This document shows positions 28,436 through 37,985 of a stretch of 64,000 nucleotides of DNA, in pieces. The stretch is taken from the NCBI GenBank assembly GCA_045807245.1, contig JBJMHS010000030.1, positions 1 through 64,000 of the forward strand. Direction: 5' to 3'. The notes under the pieces were generated by a model. The model was not told the DNA's origin, did not search any database, and worked only from the letters and a program-made list of their open reading frames with translations. Each line of letters starts with the position of its first letter. Within the stretch, counting starts at the first letter, position 1. Both the position numbers and the translations under genes were made by a program. The DNA comes from Actinomycetales bacterium. GTDB taxonomy: Bacteria > Actinomycetota > Actinomycetes > Actinomycetales > CAVURS01.

Positions 28436-30892
28436 GTGACCGTGCTGGCACGCGGACTGACCTCACAGCAGGCGAGCGCGGCGCTGGCGCGCCACGGACG
28501 CAACGCGTTGCCGAGCCGACCGCCAGAACAGCTGTGGCGCAAGCTCGGGCGAGCGGTGCGGGATCCTCTCGTGCTGGTTCTGCTGGCCGCGGCGGCGCTG
28601 ACCATCGCGACTGCGGACTTCACTGACGCAGCCGTCATCGGCCTGGTCGTCATCGTGAACACCACCGTGGCTGTGCGCCAGGAGGTGGGCGCCGAGCAGG
28701 CGCTGGCCGCACTGCGGTCGATGGCGTCTCCGCGGTCCCGTGTCGTGCGAGACGGCATCGAGCGAGAGCTGCCGGTCGAGCAGATCGTTCCGGGCGATCT
28801 CGTGGTCGTGGCCGAAGGGGACCTCGTGCCGGCCGACGGGCTCGTCTGCGACGCGGCAGCGCTGCGCCTGAACGAAGCAATGCTCACGGGTGAGTCCGTC
28901 CCGGTCGACAAGCGGGTGGCCGTGGACGAGAGTGACGCTGCCGCGGAGGCCCACGTGCTGTCGGGTACGGCGGTCGTCCACGGTCGCGGCCGGATCAAGG
29001 TCGAGCGCACCGGCGCTCACAGCGCCGTGGGTCAGATCGCTGGGCTCATGCAGGTCGGGCACACAGCGACGCCACTCCAACACCGGATGGCGAAGCTGTC
29101 CGTCGTCCTCGCGGTCTCTGCCTTGGTGCTGTGCGGCATCGTGCTGGTCGAAGGCCTGGTCCGGGGGCAGAGCCCGGAGCTCATGCTGCTGGCCGCGGCC
29201 AGTCTCGCCGTGGCCGCCGTGCCCGAGTCCTTGCCGGCCGTCGTCACGATCAGCCTGTCCCTCGCCGCCCGCCGCATGGCCCGTCGACACGCCGTCGTAC
29301 GCAACCTCGCAGCGGTGGAGACCCTCGGCTCGGTGACCCTGCTCTCGACCGACAAGACCGGCACCTTGACCGAGGCCCGGATGAGCGTCGTCGAAGAATG
29401 GCTGCCGGAGGGTGTGCAGCGCACCGACCTGCACCGTGCCGTCGTTCTGTGTAACGACGCCAGGGCGGCCGATGGCGGCGGCGATCCCACCGAGGTTGCG
29501 TTGTTGGGCACGGTGTCCGCTGACTGCGTCGAGCGCCTCCGCACCATGTACCCACGCAGCGACGAGATTCCCTTCGACAGCGACCGCAAACGCATGACCA
29601 CCGTCCACTGCAGCCCGGGCGGCGGCACACTGACCATCTGCAAGGGCGCGCCGGAACGCGTGTTGTCGCGATCGGTACGGGACAGCCAGGACGGGATCGT
29701 GTCCGAGGCGACCAAGCGCGCGGACGCGATGTCCGCCGCGGGACTGCGCGTGCTCGCCGTCGCCGAGCGGTACGACATGGTGGCGCCGGCTCGCCCGGTC
29801 GAGTCCGGCCTGAGACTGCTCGGGCTGGTCGGTCTGCAGGACCCGCCACGAGCCTCGGCTGCCGCGACGTTGCGGGCCTGCCGCGAGGCGGGCATCAGGG
29901 TCACGCTGGTCACCGGGGACCACGCGATCACCGCCGCCCGGATCGCGAGCCAGGTCGGCGTCGGCGGCTCACCACCGACGGTGCTCGACCTCGCCCGGTC
30001 CGGGCTGGACGAGTCACCAGCCCTCGAGGTCGACGTCGTCGCTCGGGCCCGGCCCGTGGACAAGCTCGACGCGGTTCGGCGCTGGCAGCATCAGGGGCAC
30101 GTCGTGGCGATGACCGGAGACGGCGTCAACGACGGACCGGCCCTACGACGCGCCGACATCGGCGTCGCCATGGGCGAGCGGGGCAGCGAGGTCGCCCGAC
30201 AGGCCGCGGACCTGGTCCTTCGGGACGACGAGCTCTCGACCCTGGTCGCCGCCATCGAGGAGGGCCGGCGGGTCCACGACAACATCCGCAGGTTCCTGCT
30301 CTACGGCCTGTCCGGCGGCGTGGCCGAGATTCTTGTGATGCTCGCCGGCCCGTTCCTCGGCGTACCCCTTCCGCTGTTGCCCGCACAGATCCTCTGGATC
30401 AACCTCGTCACCCACTCACTGACCGGAACCGCGCTCGGGTCCGAGCCGGTGGAGCCGGGGTCGATGTCCCGTCCACCGACCGACCCCGCGCAAGGAGTGC
30501 TCGGAGGTGGGCTGTGGTGGCGGATCCTCGCTCTGTCGCTGGTGGTGGCCGGTGCCGGCGGCGCTGGGGCGGCCGTCGTACCCGAGGCGTCCCGTCGTTC
30601 GACGCTGATGCTCGCGCTGAGCATGGCCATGCTCGGGGTCGCGTGGGCGTCGCGCGTCCGCGGCGCACGTGATCCGGACGGCAACAGCAACCGACCGGGT
30701 AACCCGGCGCTGCTGGCCGCCATCGCGGGGAGCTTGCTCCTGCTGGTCGGCGCGGTAACCCTTCCGGTGCTGCAGCGCCTGCTCGAGACGACCTACCCCG
30801 GACCGCTCGGGCTGGCCGCGGCCGGGGCCGCCGGCTGTGCCGGGTACGTCGCCAGGACAGGCCTCGACCGACGCAAGGTGTCCAGGACGTAA
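28436..30892 (+). CDS. Cation-transporting P-type ATPase (P2A, CtpF-like)
   Basis: TGES, VPESLP, DKTGTLT, KGAPE, TGD, GDGVND and QILWINLVT. Start is GTG 28436 or 28442. Confidence 0.9.
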   Translation: MTVLARGLTSQQASAALARHGRNALPSRPPEQLWRKLGRAVRDPLVLVLLAAAALTIATADFTDAAVIGLVVIVNTTVAVRQEVGAEQALAALRSMASPRSRVVRDGIERELPVEQIVPGDLVVVAEGDLVPADGLVCDAAALRLNEAMLTGESVPVDKRVAVDESDAAAEAHVLSGTAVVHGRGRIKVERTGAHSAVGQIAGLMQVGHTATPLQHRMAKLSVVLAVSALVLCGIVLVEGLVRGQSPELMLLAAASLAVAAVPESLPAVVTISLSLAARRMARRHAVVRNLAAVETLGSVTLLSTDKTGTLTEARMSVVEEWLPEGVQRTDLHRAVVLCNDARAADGGGDPTEVALLGTVSADCVERLRTMYPRSDEIPFDSDRKRMTTVHCSPGGGTLTICKGAPERVLSRSVRDSQDGIVSEATKRADAMSAAGLRVLAVAERYDMVAPARPVESGLRLLGLVGLQDPPRASAAATLRACREAGIRVTLVTGDHAITAARIASQVGVGGSPPTVLDLARSGLDESPALEVDVVARARPVDKLDAVRRWQHQGHVVAMTGDGVNDGPALRRADIGVAMGERGSEVARQAADLVLRDDELSTLVAAIEEGRRVHDNIRRFLLYGLSGGVAEILVMLAGPFLGVPLPLLPAQILWINLVTHSLTGTALGSEPVEPGSMSRPPTDPAQGVLGGGLWWRILALSLVVAGAGGAGAAVVPEASRRSTLMLALSMAMLGVAWASRVRGARDPDGNSNRPGNPALLAAIAGSLLLLVGAVTLPVLQRLLETTYPGPLGLAAAGAAGCAGYVARTGLDRRKVSRT

Positions 30893-30896
30893 GCGA

Positions 30897-30929
30897 AGCG
30901 ACCCCAGCCGTGATCCGGCTGGGGTCGCT
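30897..30929. terminator. Bidirectional hairpin terminator
   Basis: AGCGACCCCAGCCG-tgatc-CGGCTGGGGTCGCT, a 14-bp stem between convergent genes. Confidence 0.8.
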
Positions 30930-30942
30930 GTTACTGCTTCGA

Positions 30943-31355
30943 CTACTCCCTGGTGGCCTTGCCGTCCTCGTCGACCCACCTTTCGGCAGTGGCAACCTGG
31001 AACCGCCGCCCGGTGACCCGTTCCGGCTCGATTCGTACGAAGAAGGACTTGGGCCCGCTGTGCATCGGGTGCAGGGTCAGAGTCCGGGCGAACTCGGACT
31101 CGGGGTGGTCGCTCATGTCATGTCCCCGCCCCTTGACCACCACACTCCACGCCACGCCCTTGTCGAGATCGACGCCGTCGGCTTCGAGGGTGACGAGGCG
31201 GTTGAGCCGAGCCGACACGTGCTTCAGGCCGGCCGCGGTGCGGAACACCACCGTGCCATTCGCCACGACGTAGTTGACGGGGAAGATCTCCGGCGCCTCA
31301 CCAAGGCACACGGCCAGCCGTCCTGCGGCGTGAGCTCGTTCGTCGGTTCGTTCAT
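30943..31355 (-). pseudogene. Pyridoxamine 5'-phosphate oxidase-like (split-barrel) gene with N-terminal frameshifting deletion
   Basis: MNEPTNELTPQ (ATG 31355) is out of frame with GRLAVCLGEAPEIFPVNY...AWSVVVKG. The CW/CL helix seen in paralogs is missing. Confidence 0.75.
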
Positions 31356-31362
31356 GGGCCTC

Positions 31363-31457
31363 AGCATGAGGCTCCCGCTACGTCGTGCACACCTGCCCAG
31401 TGGCCCCCCGTCCCGGGACCTTAGGCCCTGACCGCCGATGCCTGCGGTTCCTAGCGT
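31363..31457. promoter_or_regulatory. Divergent Dev/DosR-box promoters
   Basis: GGGACCTTAGGCCC (31415-31428), 23-nt gap, TAGCGT. A weaker CTGCCCAGTGGCCC (31393-31406) lies 24 nt from minus-strand CATGCT. Confidence 0.75.
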
Positions 31458-31489
31458 CAGAGTCCACATCCCTCAGAGGAGGAGCTCCC

Positions 31490-32092
31490 ATGTTGGTTCA
31501 CGAGCTGATGACGGGCGACGTCACCACGCTGGGGATGGAGACCCCGATCGTCGAGGCGGCTCGCATCCTGCTGGACGGCGACATCACGGCCGCGCCTGTC
31601 GTCTACGAGGACGGCCGGCTCGTCGGCATCGTGAGCCGACGCGACTTGATCGGGGGGCGGGAGATCGAGGACCCCCGCGCCCATCTCACGGCGGTCCACG
31701 ACACGACCGCTGAGCCGCCGCACGTTGTCCGGCAGGTGATGACGCACGAAGTGGTCACCGTCGAGTCCGAGGACGACACCGCCCGCGCCGCGCAGCTGAT
31801 GATCGAGCACGGCGTCGCGAGCCTCCCGGTCTTTGACCACGGCCGCGTAGTCGGGATCATCAGCGCTACCGACATTCTCCGCTCGCACACTCACACGGAC
31901 GAGGAGATCGCGGACCAGCTGCGCCGGCGCCTCTCCGACTACGGCGACTCCCGATCCCTGGCTCAGGCCGACGTCGAGGACGGCGTCGTGACGATCACCC
32001 GGAGCGCGGACCACCTCAGCGCGGTCATCGCGGAGGCGGTCGCCCAGACCACGGAGGGCGTCACCGCGGTACGACGGGGTACGGCGCGATGA
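31490..32092 (+). CDS. CBS-pair protein with C-terminal BON-like domain
   Basis: RBS gaggag. VHELMT...APVVYEDGRLVGIVSRRDL and LPVFDHGRVVGIISATDIL, then DEEIADQL...VEDGVVTI. Confidence 0.88.
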   Translation: MLVHELMTGDVTTLGMETPIVEAARILLDGDITAAPVVYEDGRLVGIVSRRDLIGGREIEDPRAHLTAVHDTTAEPPHVVRQVMTHEVVTVESEDDTARAAQLMIEHGVASLPVFDHGRVVGIISATDILRSHTHTDEEIADQLRRRLSDYGDSRSLAQADVEDGVVTITRSADHLSAVIAEAVAQTTEGVTAVRRGTAR

Positions 32093-32132
32093 CCCCTTCG
32101 CCGAGGCTGACACACATGGGAGGGGAGCACCT

Positions 32133-34880
32133 GTGTCCATGACAGCCCCATCGCAGCATCGCCTGGCGGTGAGCGACCGGTCCCAGCAGCACGTGAACGA
32201 CAACCAGGAGCCGTACGACGCACTGACCGCTACCGGTCTGGCCGTCGTCGTCCGCGCGTTCATGTCCCCGGACGCCGACGGTGTCACGGCTCTGCTCGCG
32301 GGGGCCAGCGAGCGCAGCCGGTACTTCCGCTTCTTCGGTGTCTCCGAGCGAGCCGGGCAGGACTACGTGCGTCGGCTGGGGAGCCCGGAGCAGACGGCTG
32401 CGGCAGTGGTCGTGGTCGATCGTGGCCGGATCGTCGCCGTGGGCTCGATCCATCCCTGCAGTGACGCGCCGGGCGCCACCGACCGCGTTGAGCTCGGCGT
32501 CCTGGTGGCCGACGACCGGCAGGGCGACGGCCTCGGGACACTCGTGGTCGAGGACCTGTTGGCCCGGGCTCATCTGCTCGGCGCCGTCACCGTGGTCGCC
32601 GTGGTGATGCCCAACAACGGAGCCATGCTGGACGTCTTCAAGAACTCGGGCTTCACCGTGCGGGCCACGAGGCACAGCGGCGAGGTCGACGTGACCATCG
32701 ACGTCGCGGCAGACGCCCGAACGCGACAGCGGGTGGCCGACCGCCAGGCCCGGGCCGAGGTCGCGTCCATCGACCACGTGCTCCGGCCGTCCTCCGTCGC
32801 CGTCGTCGGCGCGGGGAAGCATCGCCACACCGTGGGGCGCCAGGTGCTGGAGCACCTGCAGCGTGGGGGCTTCGACGGCCCGCTGTACGTCGTGAACCCG
32901 GACGCGGTCCACATCGGGTCGGTGCCCGGATACAAGACCGTGCGGGACATCGGGCGGCCCGTCGACCTGGTGGTCCTGGCCGTCAATGCCGCCGCCGTGC
33001 CTGCGGTGGCACGGGACTGCGCCGCTGCCGGCGTCCGCGCACTGCTGACCCTGACGGCGGGTTTCAGCGAAGCCGGCGGCGGACCAGCCCAGGCCGAGCT
33101 GCTCGCGGTCTGCCGGCAGGCGGGCATGCGGTTGATCGGCCCGAACTGCATCGGCGTCGCGAACACCGATCCGGAGGTGCGGCTCGATGCCACCTTCCTG
33201 CCCGAGCCGCTGCCGGTCGGTACGACGGCAGTGCTCTCCCAGTCCGGCGCCTCGGCAGTCGCCATCGCGGAGGCACTCGGTCACCGCGGAGCGGGCGTGT
33301 CGAGCCTGGTCACCGTCGGCAACAAGGCCGACATCGGCGGGAACAACGTCCTGCCGTGGTGGGAGGCTGACCACCGCACCAAAGTCATCGCCGCGTACCT
33401 GGAGTCGATCGCCGAGCCGCGGCCGTTCGCCCAGCTCACCAGGCGGGTCGGCCGGTCCAAGCCCGTGGTTCTGCTGAAGGCCGGACGCAGTGCCTCGGCC
33501 GCCGCGGCAGCGAGCAGTCACACGGCCGCGGCCGCGGACGACGACGCAGCAGTGGACGCGTTGTGCCGGGCGGCCAACATCGTGCGCGTCGACGACCTGC
33601 GCGAGCTCGCGGACGTCTCCGCGCTCGCCGGCATGCAGCCCCTGCCCCGCGGGCGACGCGTGGCCATCGTCGGCAACTCGGGCGGCCCGGCCGTGCTCGC
33701 CGCCGATGCCTGCGAACGGCATGGCCTGCTCGTTGCCACCATGTCCGAAGCGACGCAGCAACGCCTGCGCGCGATCCTGCCCGCGTCCGCGGCCGTCCGT
33801 GGCCCGATCGACGTCACGGCAGGAGTCGCCGCCACCGAGCTGTCTGAGGTCCTGCAGCTGGTGGCCGCCGACCCGGGTGTCGACGTCGTGCTGGCCGTCC
33901 TGACCGTCCTGCCGGCGCTCCCGGCCACCGAGCTGATAGCGGGCCTGGAGGCGCTGTCGGCCCAGCACCCCCACGTGAGCATCGCTGCCTGTGTCTTCGG
34001 CAGCGACGACCGGCCGTGGTACGGCAACGTGCCGCGCTTCGACCAACCCGACGACGCCGTCCAGGCAGTGGCAAAGCTGCACCGCTACACAGCCCGTCGC
34101 GATGCGCTGCATCTCGCCGATCCCAACGCCGGCCCGCCCGCCGACCTGGCCCTGGCCTCGGTCCGGACCATCGTCGACCACGCCCTGGCCAGGCACGGTG
34201 AGAGCTGGCTGAGCGCAGCTGACTGCTACCGGCTGCTCGGGCACTGCGGGATCGCCGTCGCGCCGTTCGTCACCGCCGACGACGCGACGACGGCGATCGA
34301 GGGGAGCTCCGCGCTCACGTTCCCGGTCGTCGCCAAGGCCGACGGTCCCGACCTGGTCCACAAGAGCGACGTGGGCGGCGTTCGGCTCAACCTGGCCACG
34401 CCCGAGGCGCTGCGCGATGCAGTCCATGAGATGGAACGCAGCATCGGGGACCGGATGCATGGCGTCATCGTGCAGACGCAGGCGGCTGGAGGGCGGGAGA
34501 TCATCGTCGGGGCGACCCGCGACGCGCGGTTCGGCCCGCTCATCCTGGTCGGCCGCGGCGGCGTCGACAGCGATGTGGATCCGGATCGCTCGTGGGCCTT
34601 GGCGCCCCTCACTCACGCGCAAGCCGTGGAGCTGGTCGGCGACCTGCGCAGCGCGTCCGGCCTCTCCGCTCGCCGCGGCCATGCTGCCAGCGACCTCACC
34701 GCCCTGGCCGAGGTCGTGCGCCGCATCTCGGTCTTGATGACGGCCGTGGCCGAAGTCGCCGAGATCGACCTGAACCCGGTCCTGGCCGGACCCGCGGGCG
34801 CGGTGGTCGTCGACGTGCGGGTCCGGGTGTCCCCGCCGCCGCCCGCCAGCCTGCTCGACCACGTCCGCCACCTGCGTTGA
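32133..34880 (+). CDS. GNAT acetyltransferase fused to NDP-forming acyl-CoA synthetase domains (Pat/PatA-type protein lysine acetyltransferase)
   Basis: N-terminal SERSRYFRFF, QGDGLG and NGAMLDVF. Then IGPNCIG, SQSG, GNKAD, YLES, SHT, NSGG, HKSDVGGVRL and EIDLNP. Confidence 0.88.
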   Translation: MSMTAPSQHRLAVSDRSQQHVNDNQEPYDALTATGLAVVVRAFMSPDADGVTALLAGASERSRYFRFFGVSERAGQDYVRRLGSPEQTAAAVVVVDRGRIVAVGSIHPCSDAPGATDRVELGVLVADDRQGDGLGTLVVEDLLARAHLLGAVTVVAVVMPNNGAMLDVFKNSGFTVRATRHSGEVDVTIDVAADARTRQRVADRQARAEVASIDHVLRPSSVAVVGAGKHRHTVGRQVLEHLQRGGFDGPLYVVNPDAVHIGSVPGYKTVRDIGRPVDLVVLAVNAAAVPAVARDCAAAGVRALLTLTAGFSEAGGGPAQAELLAVCRQAGMRLIGPNCIGVANTDPEVRLDATFLPEPLPVGTTAVLSQSGASAVAIAEALGHRGAGVSSLVTVGNKADIGGNNVLPWWEADHRTKVIAAYLESIAEPRPFAQLTRRVGRSKPVVLLKAGRSASAAAAASSHTAAAADDDAAVDALCRAANIVRVDDLRELADVSALAGMQPLPRGRRVAIVGNSGGPAVLAADACERHGLLVATMSEATQQRLRAILPASAAVRGPIDVTAGVAATELSEVLQLVAADPGVDVVLAVLTVLPALPATELIAGLEALSAQHPHVSIAACVFGSDDRPWYGNVPRFDQPDDAVQAVAKLHRYTARRDALHLADPNAGPPADLALASVRTIVDHALARHGESWLSAADCYRLLGHCGIAVAPFVTADDATTAIEGSSALTFPVVAKADGPDLVHKSDVGGVRLNLATPEALRDAVHEMERSIGDRMHGVIVQTQAAGGREIIVGATRDARFGPLILVGRGGVDSDVDPDRSWALAPLTHAQAVELVGDLRSASGLSARRGHAASDLTALAEVVRRISVLMTAVAEVAEIDLNPVLAGPAGAVVVDVRVRVSPPPPASLLDHVRHLR

Positions 34881-34905
34881 CCACACCCGAGAGGAAGGCA
34901 GTTCT

Positions 34906-35340
34906 ATGTCCGAGACACACGCTCGCCGAATCGTCGTCGGCATCGACGGGTCCGCCCAGTCGACCTACGCCCTGCGGTGGGCCGCACAGCTCGCCGAGAA
35001 GTACGACGCCACCCTCGAGGCCGTCGCGGCCTGGCACATCCCGGTGAGCTATGGGATGGCCCCGGTCCCGATCTGGGACCCGGAGGCGGACATGGCCAAG
35101 TGCCTCACCCAGACGGTCGACGAGGTGTTCGGCGCGCAGCGCCCGGCCGGGCTGGAGCTGCGCGTGCTGCAGGGCAACCCCGCCGGCGTCCTCGTCGACA
35201 CCAGCAAGGGCGCCTTCATGACCGTCGTCGGCAGCCGGGGACACGGCGGCTTCGCCGGGCTGCTGCTGGGCTCGGTCAGCTCGGCCGTGGCCGAACACGC
35301 CACCTGCCCGGTGCTTGTCGTCCACGGAGGGCAGTCGTGA
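34906..35340 (+). CDS. Universal stress protein
   Basis: IVVGIDGS...VVGSRGHGGFAGLLLGSVS...CPVLVV. Confidence 0.95.
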   Translation: MSETHARRIVVGIDGSAQSTYALRWAAQLAEKYDATLEAVAAWHIPVSYGMAPVPIWDPEADMAKCLTQTVDEVFGAQRPAGLELRVLQGNPAGVLVDTSKGAFMTVVGSRGHGGFAGLLLGSVSSAVAEHATCPVLVVHGGQS

Positions 35341-35792
35341 ACCAGGACCAGGCGCCACTGCCGGAAGTGCTGCCCACGCACGAGTGTTGGGCCATGATGC
35401 GCACCGCCACCCTCGGCCGGCTCGGGTTCGGGGTCGATGAGGAGCAGGAGATCTTCCCGCTCAACTTCGTTGTCGACCAGGGCACCATCGTGTTCCGGAC
35501 CTCGAGCTCGTCGCGGATCGGCCTGTGCCTGGACGGGCGCCCGGTGGCGTTCGAGGCGGACGGCCTCACTGACGGTCAGGCCTGGAGCGTCGTCGCGAAA
35601 GGGCACGCCAAGGAGATCCGTACCCTCGAAGACAGCGTGCTGGCCGCTGAGCTACCCGTACAGCCTCTGCAGGCAGGTTCGAAGCCCCGGCTGGTCCGGA
35701 TTACGCCCGACGCCCTGACCGGGCGACGCTTCCCCGTCGCCGAAGCGCAGGAGCCGGTGCTGGGCTCGAGCCCTCACAGCGAGCCAGAATGA
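35337..35792 (+). CDS. Pyridoxamine 5'-phosphate oxidase-like protein
   Basis: GTGA overlap. [40 protein letters not shown] and LTGRRF. Confidence 0.88.
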   Translation: MNQDQAPLPEVLPTHECWAMMRTATLGRLGFGVDEEQEIFPLNFVVDQGTIVFRTSSSSRIGLCLDGRPVAFEADGLTDGQAWSVVAKGHAKEIRTLEDSVLAAELPVQPLQAGSKPRLVRITPDALTGRRFPVAEAQEPVLGSSPHSEPE

Positions 35793-35796
35793 CCCT

Positions 35797-36441
35797 ATGA
35801 CGATCAAGGTGTACCTGCTCGACGACCATGAGGTGGTGCGGCGCGGGCTACGCGAGCTGCTCGAGGTCGAGGATGACATCGACGTCGTCGGTGAGTCGGG
35901 GTCAGCGGCCGAAGCGACCAGGCGGATTCCGGCGCTGCGACCCGACGTCGCAGTGCTCGACGGCCGCCTGCCGGACGGGTCCGGCATCGATGTATGCCGG
36001 GACGTCCGCTCGGTCGACCCCACCATCCATGCGCTGATCCTGACGTCGTACGACGAGGACGCGGCTCTTTTCGCGGCCATCATGGCCGGCGCTTCCGGCT
36101 ATGTCCTGAAGGACATCCGCGGCACCGACCTGGTCGACGCCATCCGCCGGGTTGCCGCTGGTCAGTCCCTCCTCGACCCCGCGGTGACCGCGCGGGTGCT
36201 GCAGCGGCTGCGCACCGGGCCGGAGCAGGACCCGAGACTCGCCGGCCTGACCGACCAGGAACGCCGGATCCTCGACCACATCGCCGAAGGCAAGACCAAC
36301 CGGCAGATCGGCGAGGAGATGTTCCTGGCCGAGAAGACGGTGAAGAACTACGTCTCCAGCCTCCTGGCCAAGCTCGGCATGCAGCGACGCACCCAGGCCG
36401 CTGTCTTCGCCGCCGGACTGAAGGACGACAAGCTGCCGTGA
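35797..36441 (+). CDS. devR: DevR/DosR-like response regulator (NarL family)
   Basis: [36 protein letters not shown] and [30 protein letters not shown] closely match mycobacterial DevR. Confidence 0.92.
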   Translation: MTIKVYLLDDHEVVRRGLRELLEVEDDIDVVGESGSAAEATRRIPALRPDVAVLDGRLPDGSGIDVCRDVRSVDPTIHALILTSYDEDAALFAAIMAGASGYVLKDIRGTDLVDAIRRVAAGQSLLDPAVTARVLQRLRTGPEQDPRLAGLTDQERRILDHIAEGKTNRQIGEEMFLAEKTVKNYVSSLLAKLGMQRRTQAAVFAAGLKDDKLP

Positions 36442-36444
36442 CCT

Positions 36445-36515
36445 CCACCGGGACTAAAGTCCCGGTGGGGAGGGGTCCAGCGGACCTGCCCACAGGTAGG
36501 CCGGTCGACCAGCCT
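36445..36515 (+). promoter_or_regulatory. Perfect Dev/DosR box plus secondary box upstream of cydA
   Basis: CCACC-GGGACTAAAGTCCC-GGTGG (core 36450-36463). Secondary GGGTCCAGCGGACC (36473-36486), 23-nt gap, CAGCCT. Confidence 0.85.
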
Positions 36516-36556
36516 TGAGTCGCGGCGCATGCGGCGCCACTCGACTGGAGGCTCGC

Positions 36557-37948
36557 GTGAACGCGCTCGACCTGGCCCGGTGGCAGTTCGGGATCACGAC
36601 CGTCTATCACTTCCTCTTCGTCCCCATCACGATCGGCATGTCGATGCTGGTCGCGGTCCTGCAGACAGCCTGGGTCCGGACCGGCAAGGAGCACTATCTG
36701 CGCGCGACGAAGTTCTGGGGCAAGCTCTTCCTGATCAACTTCGCGATGGGCGTCGTGACGGGCATCGTGCAGGAGTTCCAGTTCGGCATGAACTGGAGCG
36801 ACTACTCCCGGTTCGTCGGTGACATCTTCGGAGCGCCGCTCGCGATCGAGGGCCTGCTCGCGTTCTTCCTCGAGTCGACGTTCCTGGGCCTGTGGATCTT
36901 CGGTTGGGGGCGCATCCCGCCGCGAGTCCACCTGGCTGCGATCTGGCTGGCCGCGATCGGCACCTGGCTGTCGGCGTACTTCATCCTCGCGGCCAACTCG
37001 TGGATGCAGCATCCGGTGGGTTACCGGGTCAACCACTCCCGGGGGCGAGCGGAGCTGACGGACTTCGCCAAGGTGCTGACCCAGAAGACGACACTGGTCA
37101 CGTTCGCGCACACCATCACCGCTGCGATGCTCACCGGCGCGATGCTCATGATCGGCGTCTGCGCGTGGCACGTGGTCCGGCGTACCCATCTCGACGTGAT
37201 CCGTCCGTCGCTGCGGTTCGCCGCGTGGGTGGGCCTCGTGGCCGGGCTGCTCACGGCGGTCAGCGGAGACCTGCAGGCGCGGGTGATGACCGAGCAGCAG
37301 CCCATGAAGATGGCTGCGGCCGAAGCGCTCTACGACACGTCCGGACCCGCGTCTTTCTCCCTGTTCACGATCGGCAGCCTCGACGGTCACAGCGAGGTGT
37401 GGAGCCTCCGTGTGCCGCACGGCCTGTCCCTGCTGGCGACGACCACGCCGAACGGCGCCGTCGAGGGCATCAACGACATCCAGCGCCGATACGAGCAGAC
37501 GTACGGACCCGGGGACTACCGGCCGAACGTTCCGGTGGCCTACTGGTCGTTCCGGCTGATGATCGGCTTCGGCCTGCTGGCCATCCTGCTGGCTCTCGGC
37601 GGAGTCTGGACGACGCGGCGCGGCCGCACACCGCGGGCGACCTGGTGGTGGCGACTCTCCTCGTTCGCCGTTGCGCTGCCACTCCTGGCGAACTCCTTCG
37701 GCTGGATCTTCACCGAGATGGGTCGCCAGCCGTGGGTGGTCTTCGGGGTGATGAAGACGGAGAGCGGCGTCTCGCCGAATGTGAGCGCGGCATCCGTCGC
37801 CACGTCGACGGTGGTCTACACCCTGCTGTACGCCGTACTGGCCGTGATCGAGATCGGCCTCATGGTCCGGTTCGCCAAGGCCGGGCCACCCGAGGAGTCG
37901 ACGGGCGAGCCCGCGGGTGAGGACGACCAGCTGGCGCTCGCCTACTGA
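36557..37948 (+). CDS. cydA: Cytochrome bd ubiquinol oxidase subunit I
   Basis: LARWQFGITTVYHFLFVP, QEFQFGMNW, ANSWMQHP, QPMKMAAAE and GWIFTEMGRQPW. Confidence 0.97.
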   Translation: MNALDLARWQFGITTVYHFLFVPITIGMSMLVAVLQTAWVRTGKEHYLRATKFWGKLFLINFAMGVVTGIVQEFQFGMNWSDYSRFVGDIFGAPLAIEGLLAFFLESTFLGLWIFGWGRIPPRVHLAAIWLAAIGTWLSAYFILAANSWMQHPVGYRVNHSRGRAELTDFAKVLTQKTTLVTFAHTITAAMLTGAMLMIGVCAWHVVRRTHLDVIRPSLRFAAWVGLVAGLLTAVSGDLQARVMTEQQPMKMAAAEALYDTSGPASFSLFTIGSLDGHSEVWSLRVPHGLSLLATTTPNGAVEGINDIQRRYEQTYGPGDYRPNVPVAYWSFRLMIGFGLLAILLALGGVWTTRRGRTPRATWWWRLSSFAVALPLLANSFGWIFTEMGRQPWVVFGVMKTESGVSPNVSAASVATSTVVYTLLYAVLAVIEIGLMVRFAKAGPPEESTGEPAGEDDQLALAY

Positions 37949-37985
37949 TCCGCCCACCTCGACGCTGCTGAAAGGAACGACTCCC

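Noticed and set aside
32061..34943. 960-aa minus-strand ORF, and similar long ORFs such as 36080..38017(-), 12601..14025(+) and 28463..29923(-)
   Set aside because: Antisense shadows of well-supported genes, typical of high-GC codon bias, with no recognisable motifs.
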